64,000 nt of DNA from Mizuhopecten yessoensis (taxonomy: Eukaryota): NCBI RefSeq assembly GCF_002113885.1, contig NW_018480034.1:386620-450619 (forward strand). Reading direction: 5' to 3'. The notes beneath the pieces were generated by a model. That model saw only the letters and a list, made by a program, of their open reading frames with translations, did no database searches and had not been told where the DNA came from. Shown one piece after another: positions 1 to 11,880 of this stretch (its first letter is position 1; every line of letters begins with the position of its first letter). The translations under genes were made by a program, and so were the position numbers.

Positions 1-624
1 GGTTCAACATGACACCGAAACAAATTTCGTGTTCAATAAATCATTCGAATGTGTTTCCTCTCAGTCACTATGATGTTTGAATCTGGCAGGGCTGTATTAG
101 TTTTACATCATAGAGCCAGTTTTATGGTACTTTTACATCTTCAAAAACATGTTTCAAGGAAGTGTAAAAATGGCAGCAAATGAAAAATCCGTAATTTAAA
201 CTGAACAAGATTTTTCGTGCAAGTTTTCATCGATTTTTGGGCTTAGAAAATAATATTGTATTGGGGCATCTAGATTTTATAATTTTTCAACTTGTCACTT
301 TTTTTGGATACATGCATTGTTCCCCAAAAAAAACACCCAGGATCCACTTAAACATTTAACCTTTTTATGAAACTTGAAAGTGAATCTGAAATGCACATTA
401 TCTTGATTCTTAAAGCAGGACAGATCTCTGAATGTGATAACAGCTCCTAAATATTTCCCTTTAGAGAGGAAGTTTGCTAGATTATGGGATTCCAGGACAC
501 GGTTTATTAAGCCTATAAATCTTGGATTTTTATATCAATAAGGCCAAACATAATATTTGTTGTGTTTCCTATCATAATTCTCAAAAAAAACAACAACAAA
601 AAACACTATCAGTTAACATATAAA

Positions 625-822
625 AAAAGGGGCCAACAAGGCCTGTATCACTCACCAGGCACCACCATAAGTAACATTTCGTTGAATTGTGGGTCAAGGT
701 CATCAATTTGAAGAAATTGGTAGGCCTTTTTCCAAGCAAACTAGACCAAATATCATTACTGTAGACTTCCCTGTTTATTGGAAGAAGGTGCTTGAAGGTT
801 TTAACACAATTGACCCTTATAC
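625..822 (+). mobile_element. Degraded fragment resembling a bivalve Helentron-derived non-autonomous element (HINE; Cg170-like internal repeat)
   Basis: The sequence aacaaggcctgtatcactcacc resembles the left-end pattern. It is followed by ggtcaaggtcatcaatttgaagaaattggtaggcc...ccaaatatca...gaagaag...ttgaaggttttaacacaattgaccc, which matches my recollection of the internal repeat of these elements. Not verified by search. Confidence 0.4.
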
Positions 823-1340
823 TAGCACTTGTTTGAATAATAAACTGAACAAGCAGATTTACTTTGGGTGCTGCAGTATGGTTAAAAACTCACAGGGTTC
901 AATAACATGAAAACAGTCATCTTTGAAACTGATACTTTCCAACAACCTTGTTTGAATCATATATTAACAAGACTCTCTCAACTGCAATTCATTGAGTAAT
1001 CTTGTCATTATCATTTGAAAGCTTTCCATCATAAATATCTGCCAGACAGACACAATACAACATGTCCCTGTCTGACCCTTACGTGACTTAGCAGTGGTCA
1101 ACACCCACAAATAGAAAACCCTTCCCTGGATAGTTTATTGGAAAATATGACCTTTTGGCATTTCATAAAAGCCCAGGCCATTACAATAATTGTATAGAAA
1201 GGTTGTGCAACCTTTCAGAATTCTTTGCCTTGCACTTTGAAACATACACATGAAACATACATCACATGGAATTAATTCTATCTCCCGCAAACAATAATAC
1301 CAGAATGCAATGCTGAAATTACTATCCTTTCTGTTCAAGG

Positions 1341-1378
1341 TTTAACATCCTCGTAACTGCTAAGGTCATATGAAGACG
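1341..1378 (-). mobile_element. SINE 3'-tail relic (same family as 33102-33330)
   Basis: tttaacatcctcgtaactgctaaggtcatatgaagacg aligns with ttttacatcctattaacagatatatggtcatttaataaggaag at about 33120. Confidence 0.4.
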
Positions 1379-1489
1379 TTTACATTTAGAATATCATGAA
1401 ATATTGTCATAGAAAGTGTTGGTGTCAATACTCTGATCATTCCAAACAGCAAAGTGATTTCAAGTCGTATCAAAAGGTCTAAAAATTTA

Positions 1490-1533
1490 ACACACACGCA
1501 CACACACACTTTTTTTTTTTTAAAAAAAAAAAG
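1490..1533. repeat. (CA)n microsatellite followed by poly-T/poly-A
   Basis: acacacacgcacacacacac, then a T run and an A run. Confidence 0.85.
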
Positions 1534-3245
1534 ATCTTAACATCTCCATATTAACTTATTTATACATAAAACTTCCTTGGTAACTCACAGACCAAACTTT
1601 TTCGTTCCGACATTTTCACTTTTGATAATAACACCTTCATGAATATTTCAAATCGGACACGAGTGCCATTTACACATTCAGTTAGCTGCGTTACCTAGTA
1701 TTGATCACTGCGTCGTCAGACGAGAAAGTGACAACTGACGCATCCTCACCCACTAAGATTTCTATCATAATAGTGATAAAGCTCATCCATACTGTTGCTC
1801 CCTCTCAAGTCCTGGCCACAACCAAATAGTCGGAAAGCCCGAAACTAATTGCTGGTCTTTTTATGGCAAGAAATAAATGCATAAAATGATGGAAATGTAT
1901 AGAAGATACTTCCAACACAGCAACAAATTATACAGAATATGACGGGCAGAAAATATTCCGCCAAATTTTGATGAGATTAGAATTTGTTGTGGGACTGCTC
2001 CTCGCATGCTTACGAGCCGGTGATTAAGACTGAAAATGCAAATATTATACAAAAACGGAGGCAGTAAATATGGCAGTCAATTTACCTCAATATGCCGAGC
2101 CACATGTTACTTTTTATCAGCAACAATTGCATCAATTAGGCGGAACTCTATGCCGGAATGAATATTCACGGAATTCCCAAAAGACCTGAAGTATTTCGGA
2201 AAACAACACGAAGCTACATTTGCATGACCATGGATAAATGTCAAGCTAAACATCCAAACTTATTCTAAATGAAAACGTATTTGTTTTTATGGTAATAACT
2301 CTAACATGGAGTAGTGGATTATCCTCTCAGGAACCGAAGCTATCGTTCAGTGTCTGGTGGCCAGATGAAAGAAGCAATCCACGGAGATAAAGACTCAAGG
2401 TTGCAGACAGGGCGCTGAAGATACAAATGCAAAACAATGGTTTCAAGTCTATTTAAAATCAGAAAATTGGCTGAAAGAGGTCCCGTTTAAATTGATTAGG
2501 GAACTGGGGTTGAAGAGAAGGAAATGTTTGATGTGCTTCCGTTATTTCTCCTGTGTTTGATGGACTGCCATTGGTCTGCCATTGATGGGAAGTCAACACA
2601 ACAATTGGCCATTACAATAAACACTTATGACCGTATGCCTCAGAAACCATGGCAACAGAAATCTGTTTATTGTGCCATAAAACAAATTATTTCAAGTGTA
2701 GTTCAAAATAGCCATAAATATAAGAAACAAAAACTCGGCTGCATGTTCAAACTCCATCAAAGATTTTTGTTTCGCATACTTAAACGTCTTTGGTATATAT
2801 ATTGACGGAGACTTGAAATCCAGCTTAAAGATCTGTTATATGTTGGAACTGCATATACGTTTTCAAATAAAAGAATCTACAATGTCCAACTGCCATTTAA
2901 TGTAATTACGAGAACATTTTACGTCAGATGAATAACATCTGGTTTCTGTACTGCGGACTTTTATGTGAAATAAAGTGGACTTTTTGTGAGCGTACATACT
3001 CATGCAATGGCTCACAGTGAAACAGTAGGGAAGGCAATTGTTTGAGAAATGTACTGTTACGGGTGTAACAACATGTATATCTACTCCGTCATTCTGTTAT
3101 CTTTATAGCCTAACTCAGACACCTGTAGAAAAAGGGCAGGAAATATCAAACTTCCGATACGAAATCAAAAGAGAGAACTTTGCAAATTGAAGACCGATTT
3201 TAATTTAATTTATCATTTAATTTAATTTAGGCCACAAATTATATA

Positions 3246-3286
3246 AGAAGAACAAGAACAAGAACAAACAAGAACAAGATGACAAG
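3246..3286. repeat. (AAGAAC)n simple repeat
   Basis: aagaagaacaagaacaagaacaaacaagaacaagatgacaag. Confidence 0.8.
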
Positions 3287-4545
3287 GATATGATTGGTGA
3301 TTGGGAAAAATGGAGGACATCAAAATCAAATTGGAGAAACACACCTCACTTTGTTAGAAACTGAACTTTTAACTGTTTCACCAAAAATTAAAAATTAAAA
3401 ATCATACCAAAATATTAAAGACACCAGACTTGTGAAACATAAAAAGACATTTGATCATTGTAGGTTCTTTGACATTTGAGTGTACACCAAACTCCCGAGT
3501 AGCCTCCTATTTATATACATTCCGGGATCCTGTAACCACCACAGGCTGTGTCACGTAACCCAAGAGAGAGAAAGCATGTGGCCGATATAATGTGGCCTGC
3601 AGAAAATATTTCAGGAAATTAAATTGATTTTGTAACTTGACTATACATCGCTTATACTTTCCATAATGATTTCTGACATGAACAGAAGAATCCAAAAGAA
3701 CGATGCAAATACACAGTATGTGTCTTCCTTTCTGGAATATTGACATGCAGTCGATAAAGACATTTGGGTGCAGCTGCAAATTCAAACACCCATTGCGTAA
3801 AAAGATTACTGAAAATATTGCCTCAGGAAAGGAAACTTTTGTAACAACCATGGAAAGCATATTGAATGATACATGCAGTGTAAGCGATGTTAGTGACAAA
3901 AGCTATAGACACAACCTAAATCAGCAGTTTTCCGTGTGAAATCAGAATCCATTCCTTCCGAGTATGTCTCTTTATGATATTGGCTATTAGCTGTTAGTGT
4001 TACAAATGATTGATCGATGAAAAACTATTAGGTAGTTACTTTTTGTACTTACACTAATCTGTAGTTACATTGTTTACAAGATTTACCCGGTATGCACTAA
4101 AAACACGTAGAACTCCAAAAGATATGTATACCCACAGCTGCATTGCGAGACTAACACCATATGTGTTATACAAAATTCAATGGGTCATTTTTATTCTGTC
4201 GCAAGACATTTATTTTCTTATCAAACATTCAAAGGAGGAGCAGAGACAAACAATTCGGGACATACAAAATAAAGATTTACAAAACATACTAAAAGGCTAT
4301 TTGTCTACCTGGTAATGAACACTCGAAATGTATAATCTTTGAACAGTTGGTCATGAATTTATATAAGTGACCTTTCTATTACATTGTATTTATTTATGAC
4401 AAAATTCCAACGGAACCGGAAAACATAACTTTGGATTACGACTTCCAGCAAGTTGCAATTGAAATATGGGATTTCAAATGTGTCATAAACTTTATGGCCG
4501 ATATTAAACAATTCTTATGTTTCCAATTAGACCAACATCAAACCA

Positions 4546-4652
4546 AACTGACGAAGGGGCCTCAATCTGTACACTGAGGAAGGGCCCTCAATCAGTTCCA
4601 CCGCCGAAGGGCCCTCAATTAGTTACACTGCCAAAGGGCTTTCAATCCGTAC
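4546..4652. repeat. Degenerate ~27-bp tandem repeat, about 4 copies
   Basis: The motif acactg..gaagggccctcaatc recurs near 4553, 4579, 4606 and 4633. Confidence 0.75.
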
Positions 4653-5149
4653 AATATATCAAAGTTAATTATAAAACTTCTCTTATCCCGTTTCTCTGAC
4701 ATTTTCAAATGATTTTGATCCCTCTAGACTCATTTTTAATATTTCTTGTCGAAGGAGAAAACAGCCGACCCTTGAGAAACCTTGAAATATTACGACATGC
4801 AGATTCATTAAGTAAGGTTATCAGTTCGGTGGAATTAAATTCATATTTACATAAAACTCTAGTTAACCTTTATTACAAAACACCAGGAAAGAGCATTTCG
4901 AAAGCAATTCAAACAATTCTGTTTTAATAACAGTCAATTTGGTTTGATTTGTGGCACTGCGACAGAGAGTGAGTTCTTGCATTCAAGTGTTATAGCCTCA
5001 CACATCATTCTCAGAAAAATGTTCACTTCAAACTGCTGCCAGTTATCTAGTTTAAATAAAACATGGCAGGAAAGCTGGTTGTTATATTAATTGTCTCAAA
5101 ACAGTAAATCTAGCTGAGAGAAAGTGCAACACAAGTTCTACAATCTAAC

Positions 5150-5430
5150 TCCAGGCATCTCCTTGTATAGTAATACTGCTAGTCCGACAAGTCTTCCTGG
5201 TATGGTTACTCCGGGAGGTTCTCCGCGGCACGTTACTCGGATAGGCTTTCCGAGCGTTTTACAAGTGGAGCTCTTTCTGAATCAATACTGGGAACACGCT
5301 ATGGCTATGCGAGAGTGTGAAGCAACAAGTTTGCTTTGTTCTAAATATTCAGTTTTAAATCCACTCGATAAACCCGTGATATAAACCACGCTTCATTACT
5401 TTCAGGAAGACGGAGGGCGGCATTTCCTGT
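5150..5430. promoter_or_regulatory. CpG-retaining, GC-elevated island; possible promoter or 5' exon
   Basis: Many CpGs (ccggg, ccgcgg, ctcgg, ccgagcg). At 5403-5430 a GGGCGG box lies between inverted ETS-like caggaa and ttcctg. Confidence 0.3.
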
Positions 5431-6351
5431 TTCTCTGTGTAATCTTGCAAATTAAAAAATCTCACGAAACTTAATCCAGAGTGATATTAAATCCTTGAGA
5501 TAAATTCTTCTGCCCTTTGTCAGTTATTTTTTACACAAAATGTAGTCGAATCGGAACATAAATGTTTGTCACATTTATTAAATAATTTAATAAAATTTAA
5601 TAAATAGAAATGGTATAATTCTAATCATGAGAATTCAATATTTCCACTGCTTTACTTACAGAGAAGTTATTGATCAATACACTAATATGGCAAGTGAAAA
5701 ACAGGTATCTAATTCTCCTCGCCATCTATTCAATTTACACCTGCCCAACTGGCCTTATCAACTCATAACCTGACCAAAACAGAAAGCTATTCCTAAAATG
5801 TTCTGTTTCTTTGCAGCACAAACAAATAATCAGCAAAAATATCCAGATTAACAAACTGATTGAGATGGGTAATTACTGTATTAAAACCTGAACCTGGAAA
5901 CAGCTATTTCTTTATTTGGCCTTATTAATTCCATTTTGCTAAGAGCAAGGTTTATAATTACTCTGCAATCAATCTGAGATCAGTTATCGCAAATGTAGCT
6001 AATTGCATTTTAAAATGCAATAGCTCCACTTTTGATAGTAAACACGTTTTTTAGAACCCTCTACTCAAATCTGCCAATACCATGCATATTCCAAAATTGA
6101 TTCGTTATAAAAACAAGCAATCCATTATGCACGGAAAGGAAACTTAATTTTAACTTCAAATATGAACCCTTCAGTTTCAGTCTCAACAGTTTGTAAAGAT
6201 ATTTTTAAATAATCTTGAAATGAATACAAACACTGCAGAACACACTCCATTTACCTCGCAAGCATGTATTGTACCGCCAATGTTCTGAGGCTAAATTGCA
6301 ACATGGGAACACTTTTAGTGAAGATTGGGGTGACTAACTAGTTAAATAGTT

Positions 6352-8426
6352 AGAATGTGCCCTGATCGACAATCCCTCCGACAGCAGAATGAGTCCTGAT
6401 TGACAATCACTCAGACAACAGAACGAGCCTTGATCGACAATCACTCAGACAACAGAATGAGTCATGATCAACAATTTCTCAGACAGCAGAATGAGCCCTG
6501 ATCTACAATCCCTCAGACAACAGAATGAGTCCTGATCAACAATCCCTCAGACAACAGAATGAGTCGTGATCAACAATCCCTCAGACAACAGAATGAGTCC
6601 TGATCGACAATCCCTCAGACAACAGAATGAGCCCTGATCAACAATCCCTCAGACAGCAGAATGAGTCCTGATCTACAATCCCTCAGACAGCAGAATAAAC
6701 GCTGATCTACAATCCCTCAGACAGCAGAATGAGCCTTGATCGACAATCACTCAGACAACAGAATGAGTCCTGATCGACAATCCCTCAGACAACAGAATGA
6801 GTCCTGATCAACAATCCCGCGGACAGCAGAATGAGTCCTGATCTACAATCCCTCAGACAGCAGAATAAACGCTGATCAACAATCCCTCAGACAAAAGAAT
6901 GAGCCCTGATCGACAATCACTCGGACAACAGAATGTGCCTTGATCTACAATCCCTCGGACAAAAGAATGAGTGCTGATCAACAATCCCTCAGACAACAGA
7001 ATGTGCCTTGATCTACAATCCCTCAGACAACAGAATGAGTCCTGATCAAAAATCCCTCAGACAAAAGAATGAGTCCTGATCAACAATCCCTCAAACAACA
7101 GGTTGAGTCCTGATCAACAATCCCTCAGACAAAAGAATGAACTCTGATCGACAATCCCTCAGACAATAGAATGAGCCCTAATTGATAAACACTCAGACAA
7201 TAGAATGAGCTCTGATCGACAATCCCTCAAACAATAGAATGAGCTCTGATCGACAATCCCTCAGCCAATAGAATGAACCCTCATTGACAAACCCTCAAAC
7301 AATAGAATGAGCTCTGATCGACAAACCCTCAAACAATAGAATGAGCCCTCATTGACAATCCCTCAAACAATAGAATGAGACCTCATTGACAATCACTCAG
7401 ACAACAGAATGAGTCCTGATCGACAATCCCTCAGACAACAGAATGCGTCCTGATCAACAATCCCTCGGACAGCAGCATGAGTCCTGATCTACAATCCCTC
7501 AGACAGCAGAATAAACGCTGATCAACAATCCCTCAGACAGCAGAATGAGCCTTGATCGACAATCACTCAGACAACAGAATGAGTCCTGATCGACAATTCC
7601 TCAGACAGCAGAATAAACGCTGATCAACAATCCCTCAGACAACAGAATGTGCCTTGATCTACAATCCCTCAGACAAAAGAATGAGCCTGATCGACAATCA
7701 CTCGGACAACAGAATGTGCCTTGATCTACAATCCCTCAGACAAAAGAATGAGCGCTGATCAACAATCCCTCAGACAACAGAATGTGCCCTGATCGACAAT
7801 CCCTCAGACAAAAGAATGAGCGCTGATCGACAATCCCTCAGACAAAAGAATGAGCGCTGATCAACAATCCCTCAGACAACAGAATGTGCCTTGATCTACA
7901 ATCCCTCAGACAACAGAATGTGCCTTGATCGACAATCACTCGGACAACAGAATGAGTCCTGATCAAAAATCCCTCAGACAAAAGAATGAGCCTTGATCGA
8001 CAATCCCTCAAACAACAGAATGAGTCCTGATCAACAATCCCTCAGACAAAAGAATGAACTCTGATCGACAATTCTTCAGACAATAGAATGAGCCCTTATT
8101 GATAAACCCTCAGACAATAGAATGAGCTATGATCGTCAATCCCTCAAACAATAGAATGAGCTCTGATCGACAATCCCTCAGACAATAGAATGAACCCTCA
8201 TTGACAAACCCTCAGACACTAGAATGAGCTCTGATCGACAATCCCTCAAACAATAGAATGAGCCCTCATTGGCAATCCCTCAAACAATAGAATGAGCCCT
8301 CATTGACAAACCCTCAAACAATAGAATGAGCCCTCATTGACAATCCCTCAGACAATAGAATGAGCCCTCATTGACAAACCCTCAAAGAATAGAATGAGCC
8401 CTCATTGACAAACCCTCAGACAACAG
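6352..8426. repeat. 34-bp minisatellite, about 61 copies (consensus gaatgagtcctgatcgacaatccctcagacaaca)
   Basis: Period of 34 read directly (gaatga at 6591 and 6625). Units are moderately diverged. Confidence 0.98.
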
Positions 8427-8494
8427 TATGTCCTATACATGAACTTGACAATGATGGACCAATCCATCAAACTATAGTCAGGCATCCCTCTTGC

Positions 8495-10665
8495 AATACA
8501 GACAAATGGTATTGGACCATTCCATTGGCAATAGACACACCGCATCTAACAAAACCATTGGCAATAGACACACACTGCATTGGACCATCCAATTGGCAAT
8601 ATACACACACTGCATTGGACCATCCAATTAGCAATAGACACACACTGCATTGGACCACCCAATTGGCAATAGACACACACTGCATTGGACAAACCCATTG
8701 GCAATAGACACTCACTGCATTGGACCATCCAATTGGCAATAGACACACACTGCATTGGACCATCCAATTGGCAATAGACACACACTGCATTGGACCATCC
8801 AATTAGCAATAGACACACACTGCATTGGACCATCCAATTGGCAATAGACACACACTGCATTGGACCATCCAATTGGCAATAGACACACACTGCATTGGAC
8901 CATCCAATTAGCAATAGACACACACTGCATTGGACCATCCAATTAGCAATAGACACACACTGCATTGGACCATCCAATTGGCAATAGACACACACTGCAT
9001 TGGACCATCCAATTGGCAATAGACACACACTGCATTGGACCATCCAATTAGCAATAGACACACACTGCATTGGACCATCCAATTAGCAATAGACACACAC
9101 TGCATTGGACCATCCAATTGGCAATAGACACACACTGCATTGGACCATCCAATTGGCAATAGACACACACTGCATTGGACCATCCAATTAGCAATAGACA
9201 CACACTGCATTGGACCATCCAATTAGCAATAGACACACACTGCATTGGACCATCCAATTGGCAATAGACACACACTGCATTGGACCATCCAATTGGCAAT
9301 AGACACACACTGCATTGGACCATCCAATTAGCAATAGACACACACTGCATTGGACCATCCAATTAGCAATAGACACACACTGCATTGGACCATCCAATTG
9401 GCAATAGACACACACTGCATTGGACCATCCAATTGGCAATAGACACACACTGCATTGGACCATCCAATTAGCAATAGACACACACTGCATTGGACCATCC
9501 AATTAGCAATAGACACACACTGCATTGGACCATCCAATTGGCAATAGACACACACTGCATTGGACCATCCAATTGGCAATAGACACACACTGCATTGGAC
9601 CATCCAATTAGCAATAGACACACACTGCATTGGACCATCCAATTAGCAATAGACACACACTGCATTGGACCATCCAATTGGCAATAGACACACACTGCAT
9701 TGGACCATCCAATTGGCAATAGACACACACTGCATTGGACCATCCAATTAGCAATAGACACACACTGCATTGGACCATCCAATTAGCAATAGACACACAC
9801 TGCATTGGACCATCCAATTAGCAATAGACACACACTGCATTGGACCATCCAATTGGCAATAGACACACACTGCATTGGACCATCCAATTGGCAATAGACA
9901 CACACTGCATTGGACCATCCAATTAGCAATAGACACACACTGCATTGGACCATCCAATTAGCAATAGACACACACTGCATTGGACCATCCAATTGGCAAT
10001 AGACACACACTGCATTGGACCATCCAATTGGCAATAGACACACACTGCATTGGACCATCCAATTAGCAATAGACACACACTGCATTGGACCATCCAATTA
10101 GCAATAGACACACACTGCATTGGACCATCCAATTGGCAATAGACACACACTGCATTGGACCATCCAATTGGCAATAGACACACACTGCATTGGACCATCC
10201 AATTAGCAATAGACACACACTGCATTGGACCATCCAATTAGCAATAGACACACACTGCATTGGACCATCCAATTGGCAATAGACACACACTGCATTGGAC
10301 CATCCAATTGGCAATAGACACACACTGCATTGGACCATCCAATTAGCAATAGACACACACTGCATTGGACCATCCAATTAGCAATAGACACACACTGCAT
10401 TGGACCATCCAATTGGCAATAGACACACACTGCATTGGACCATCCAATTAGCAATAGACACACACTGCATTGGACCATCCAATTAGCAATAGACACACAC
10501 TGCATTGGACAAACCCATTGGCAATAGACAGAATTACCGGTAGACAATCCCATTCGCAATACACACACACATAATGGCAATAAAAATCCTATTGGCAATC
10601 GATACACATGGTATTTGACAAGGCAATAGACACATGATAGTGGATTATTATATTGGCAATAGATA
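8495..10665. repeat. 35-bp minisatellite, about 57 near-identical core copies (gcaatagacacacactgcattggaccatccaatt[g/a]) with degenerate flanks
   Basis: Exact period of 35 from 8561 to about 10530. The interior differs essentially at one G/A position. Confidence 0.99.
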
Positions 10666-11627
10666 CTCTCTGTCCTCACCACCACACAGCATCTTACCTC
10701 TATATAACTGTATCTGTTAAGCCTGTAGACAAATCTGCTGATACAGACGTTGACAGATTTTGATAAATCTTAATCTGATAATGATAGACATCACATAATA
10801 AAACAATGACAAACTTTTTCATATTCTACAGGGATAAAACACCTTGTCCTCATCCGAGTCTGGTTATTCCTCTGTTTTATTTCTACACCTTGGTGAAATA
10901 AAGTAACCACTTTATATTTGTTTTGTCAAACGTATCAGTAGATAGTCATATCAATTGCTCTCAGCTTCAGTATCTACAGAGTATCATGATAGGAGTCAGT
11001 GGAGGTCTGGAGATGAGAAGTCTATGTTTTGAGAACTCAGAGGGGGGGGGAGGTGGCCGGGCATCATAGACCCGATGGCTAAACCCAATATTTGGCAGGA
11101 GTCTGTGTCTGTCCGATTGGAGTCCAAACAATTTCAAGAATGTACCATCAATATGAACTTCCTGTTCACTGCTGTATAGACGGTATCGGCTCTGTTTGGT
11201 TAGTGGTTAATCTACCTGAGTATATAGGATCTAATCTCCTTGGCCCCAGATCAGGTCATCGCGGATTTAATATATATAGCCAACTTTATCCAGTTCTAAT
11301 GCTGTTTAAAATGAAAATTTAGCCGTGTAATGACACTTGTAATATTAGTGTCTACAGTAAAAAGCAAACTTTTATATTTGTACCTTTCTTCATACCAGGT
11401 GTACGTGAAAGTTTATACCAAGTTGTTTCAAAAGGTCTAACATTTCTCATTCTGTAGTTGGCCCAGATGAAATGCTCACTCTATTTTTTCTTAAGACCTA
11501 CATGTACATATATATGTTTTCTAATGACATTGGGATGCTGAGGAGGATATATTAAAGCTATTAAATGGGAGGTCATCAGTTTTTGTAAAGTCAAGGGAAG
11601 AACTTAATCTCGCAGGTGGTCAAGTGG

Positions 11628-11880
11628 GTGGTCAGGTGGCCCCACAGTGGATAGCACACCTGCATTTCACCAAGATGACCGGGGTTCGATTCTCAAATCA
11701 GACGTGAAAAGGCATGGGGTCTTCTGCCGGACCACGTGGGTTTTCTTCAGGTACTCCGGTTTCCTCCCACATTTAAAAACCCACTGCACCCTAGCATCCA
11801 CACCAAAAAGAGTGATTTATATAAGTTGATAAAACTTGTTTCATAACTGTTGTAAAATAAATAAAATTCACACTTATTTA
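11628..11880 (+). mobile_element. tRNA-derived SINE with V-type central domain
   Basis: Degenerate A box (gtggccccacagtgg), B box ggttcgattc at about 11683, V-domain signature cgtgggttttcttcaggtactccggtttcctcccac at 11735-11770, and an aaataaataaa tail. A possible decayed target-site duplication flanks it (cttaatctcgcaggtggtca at about 11603; cttatctcacagaggtca at about 11882). Confidence 0.85.

Noticed and set aside
3507-3939. Overlapping 130-aa and 78-aa ORFs (also the 127-aa ORF at 16510-16893)
   Set aside because: No recognisable domain or convincing splice boundaries, and the lengths are compatible with chance. The longer ORFs rely on non-ATG starts.
6352-10665. CRISPR array (34-35-bp repeats)
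   Set aside because: The repeats are head-to-tail with no unique spacers, there are no cas genes, and the context is eukaryotic.
8405-10685. Family of Cys-rich ORFs (MDGPMQCVSIANW...)
   Set aside because: These are translations of the 35-bp satellite. The period is not divisible by 3, so the same peptide cycles through all frames.
11628-11700. tRNA gene (also 33250-33330, minus strand)
   Set aside because: A and B boxes are present, but I could not build a convincing cloverleaf. The boxes are followed by a SINE body and tail.
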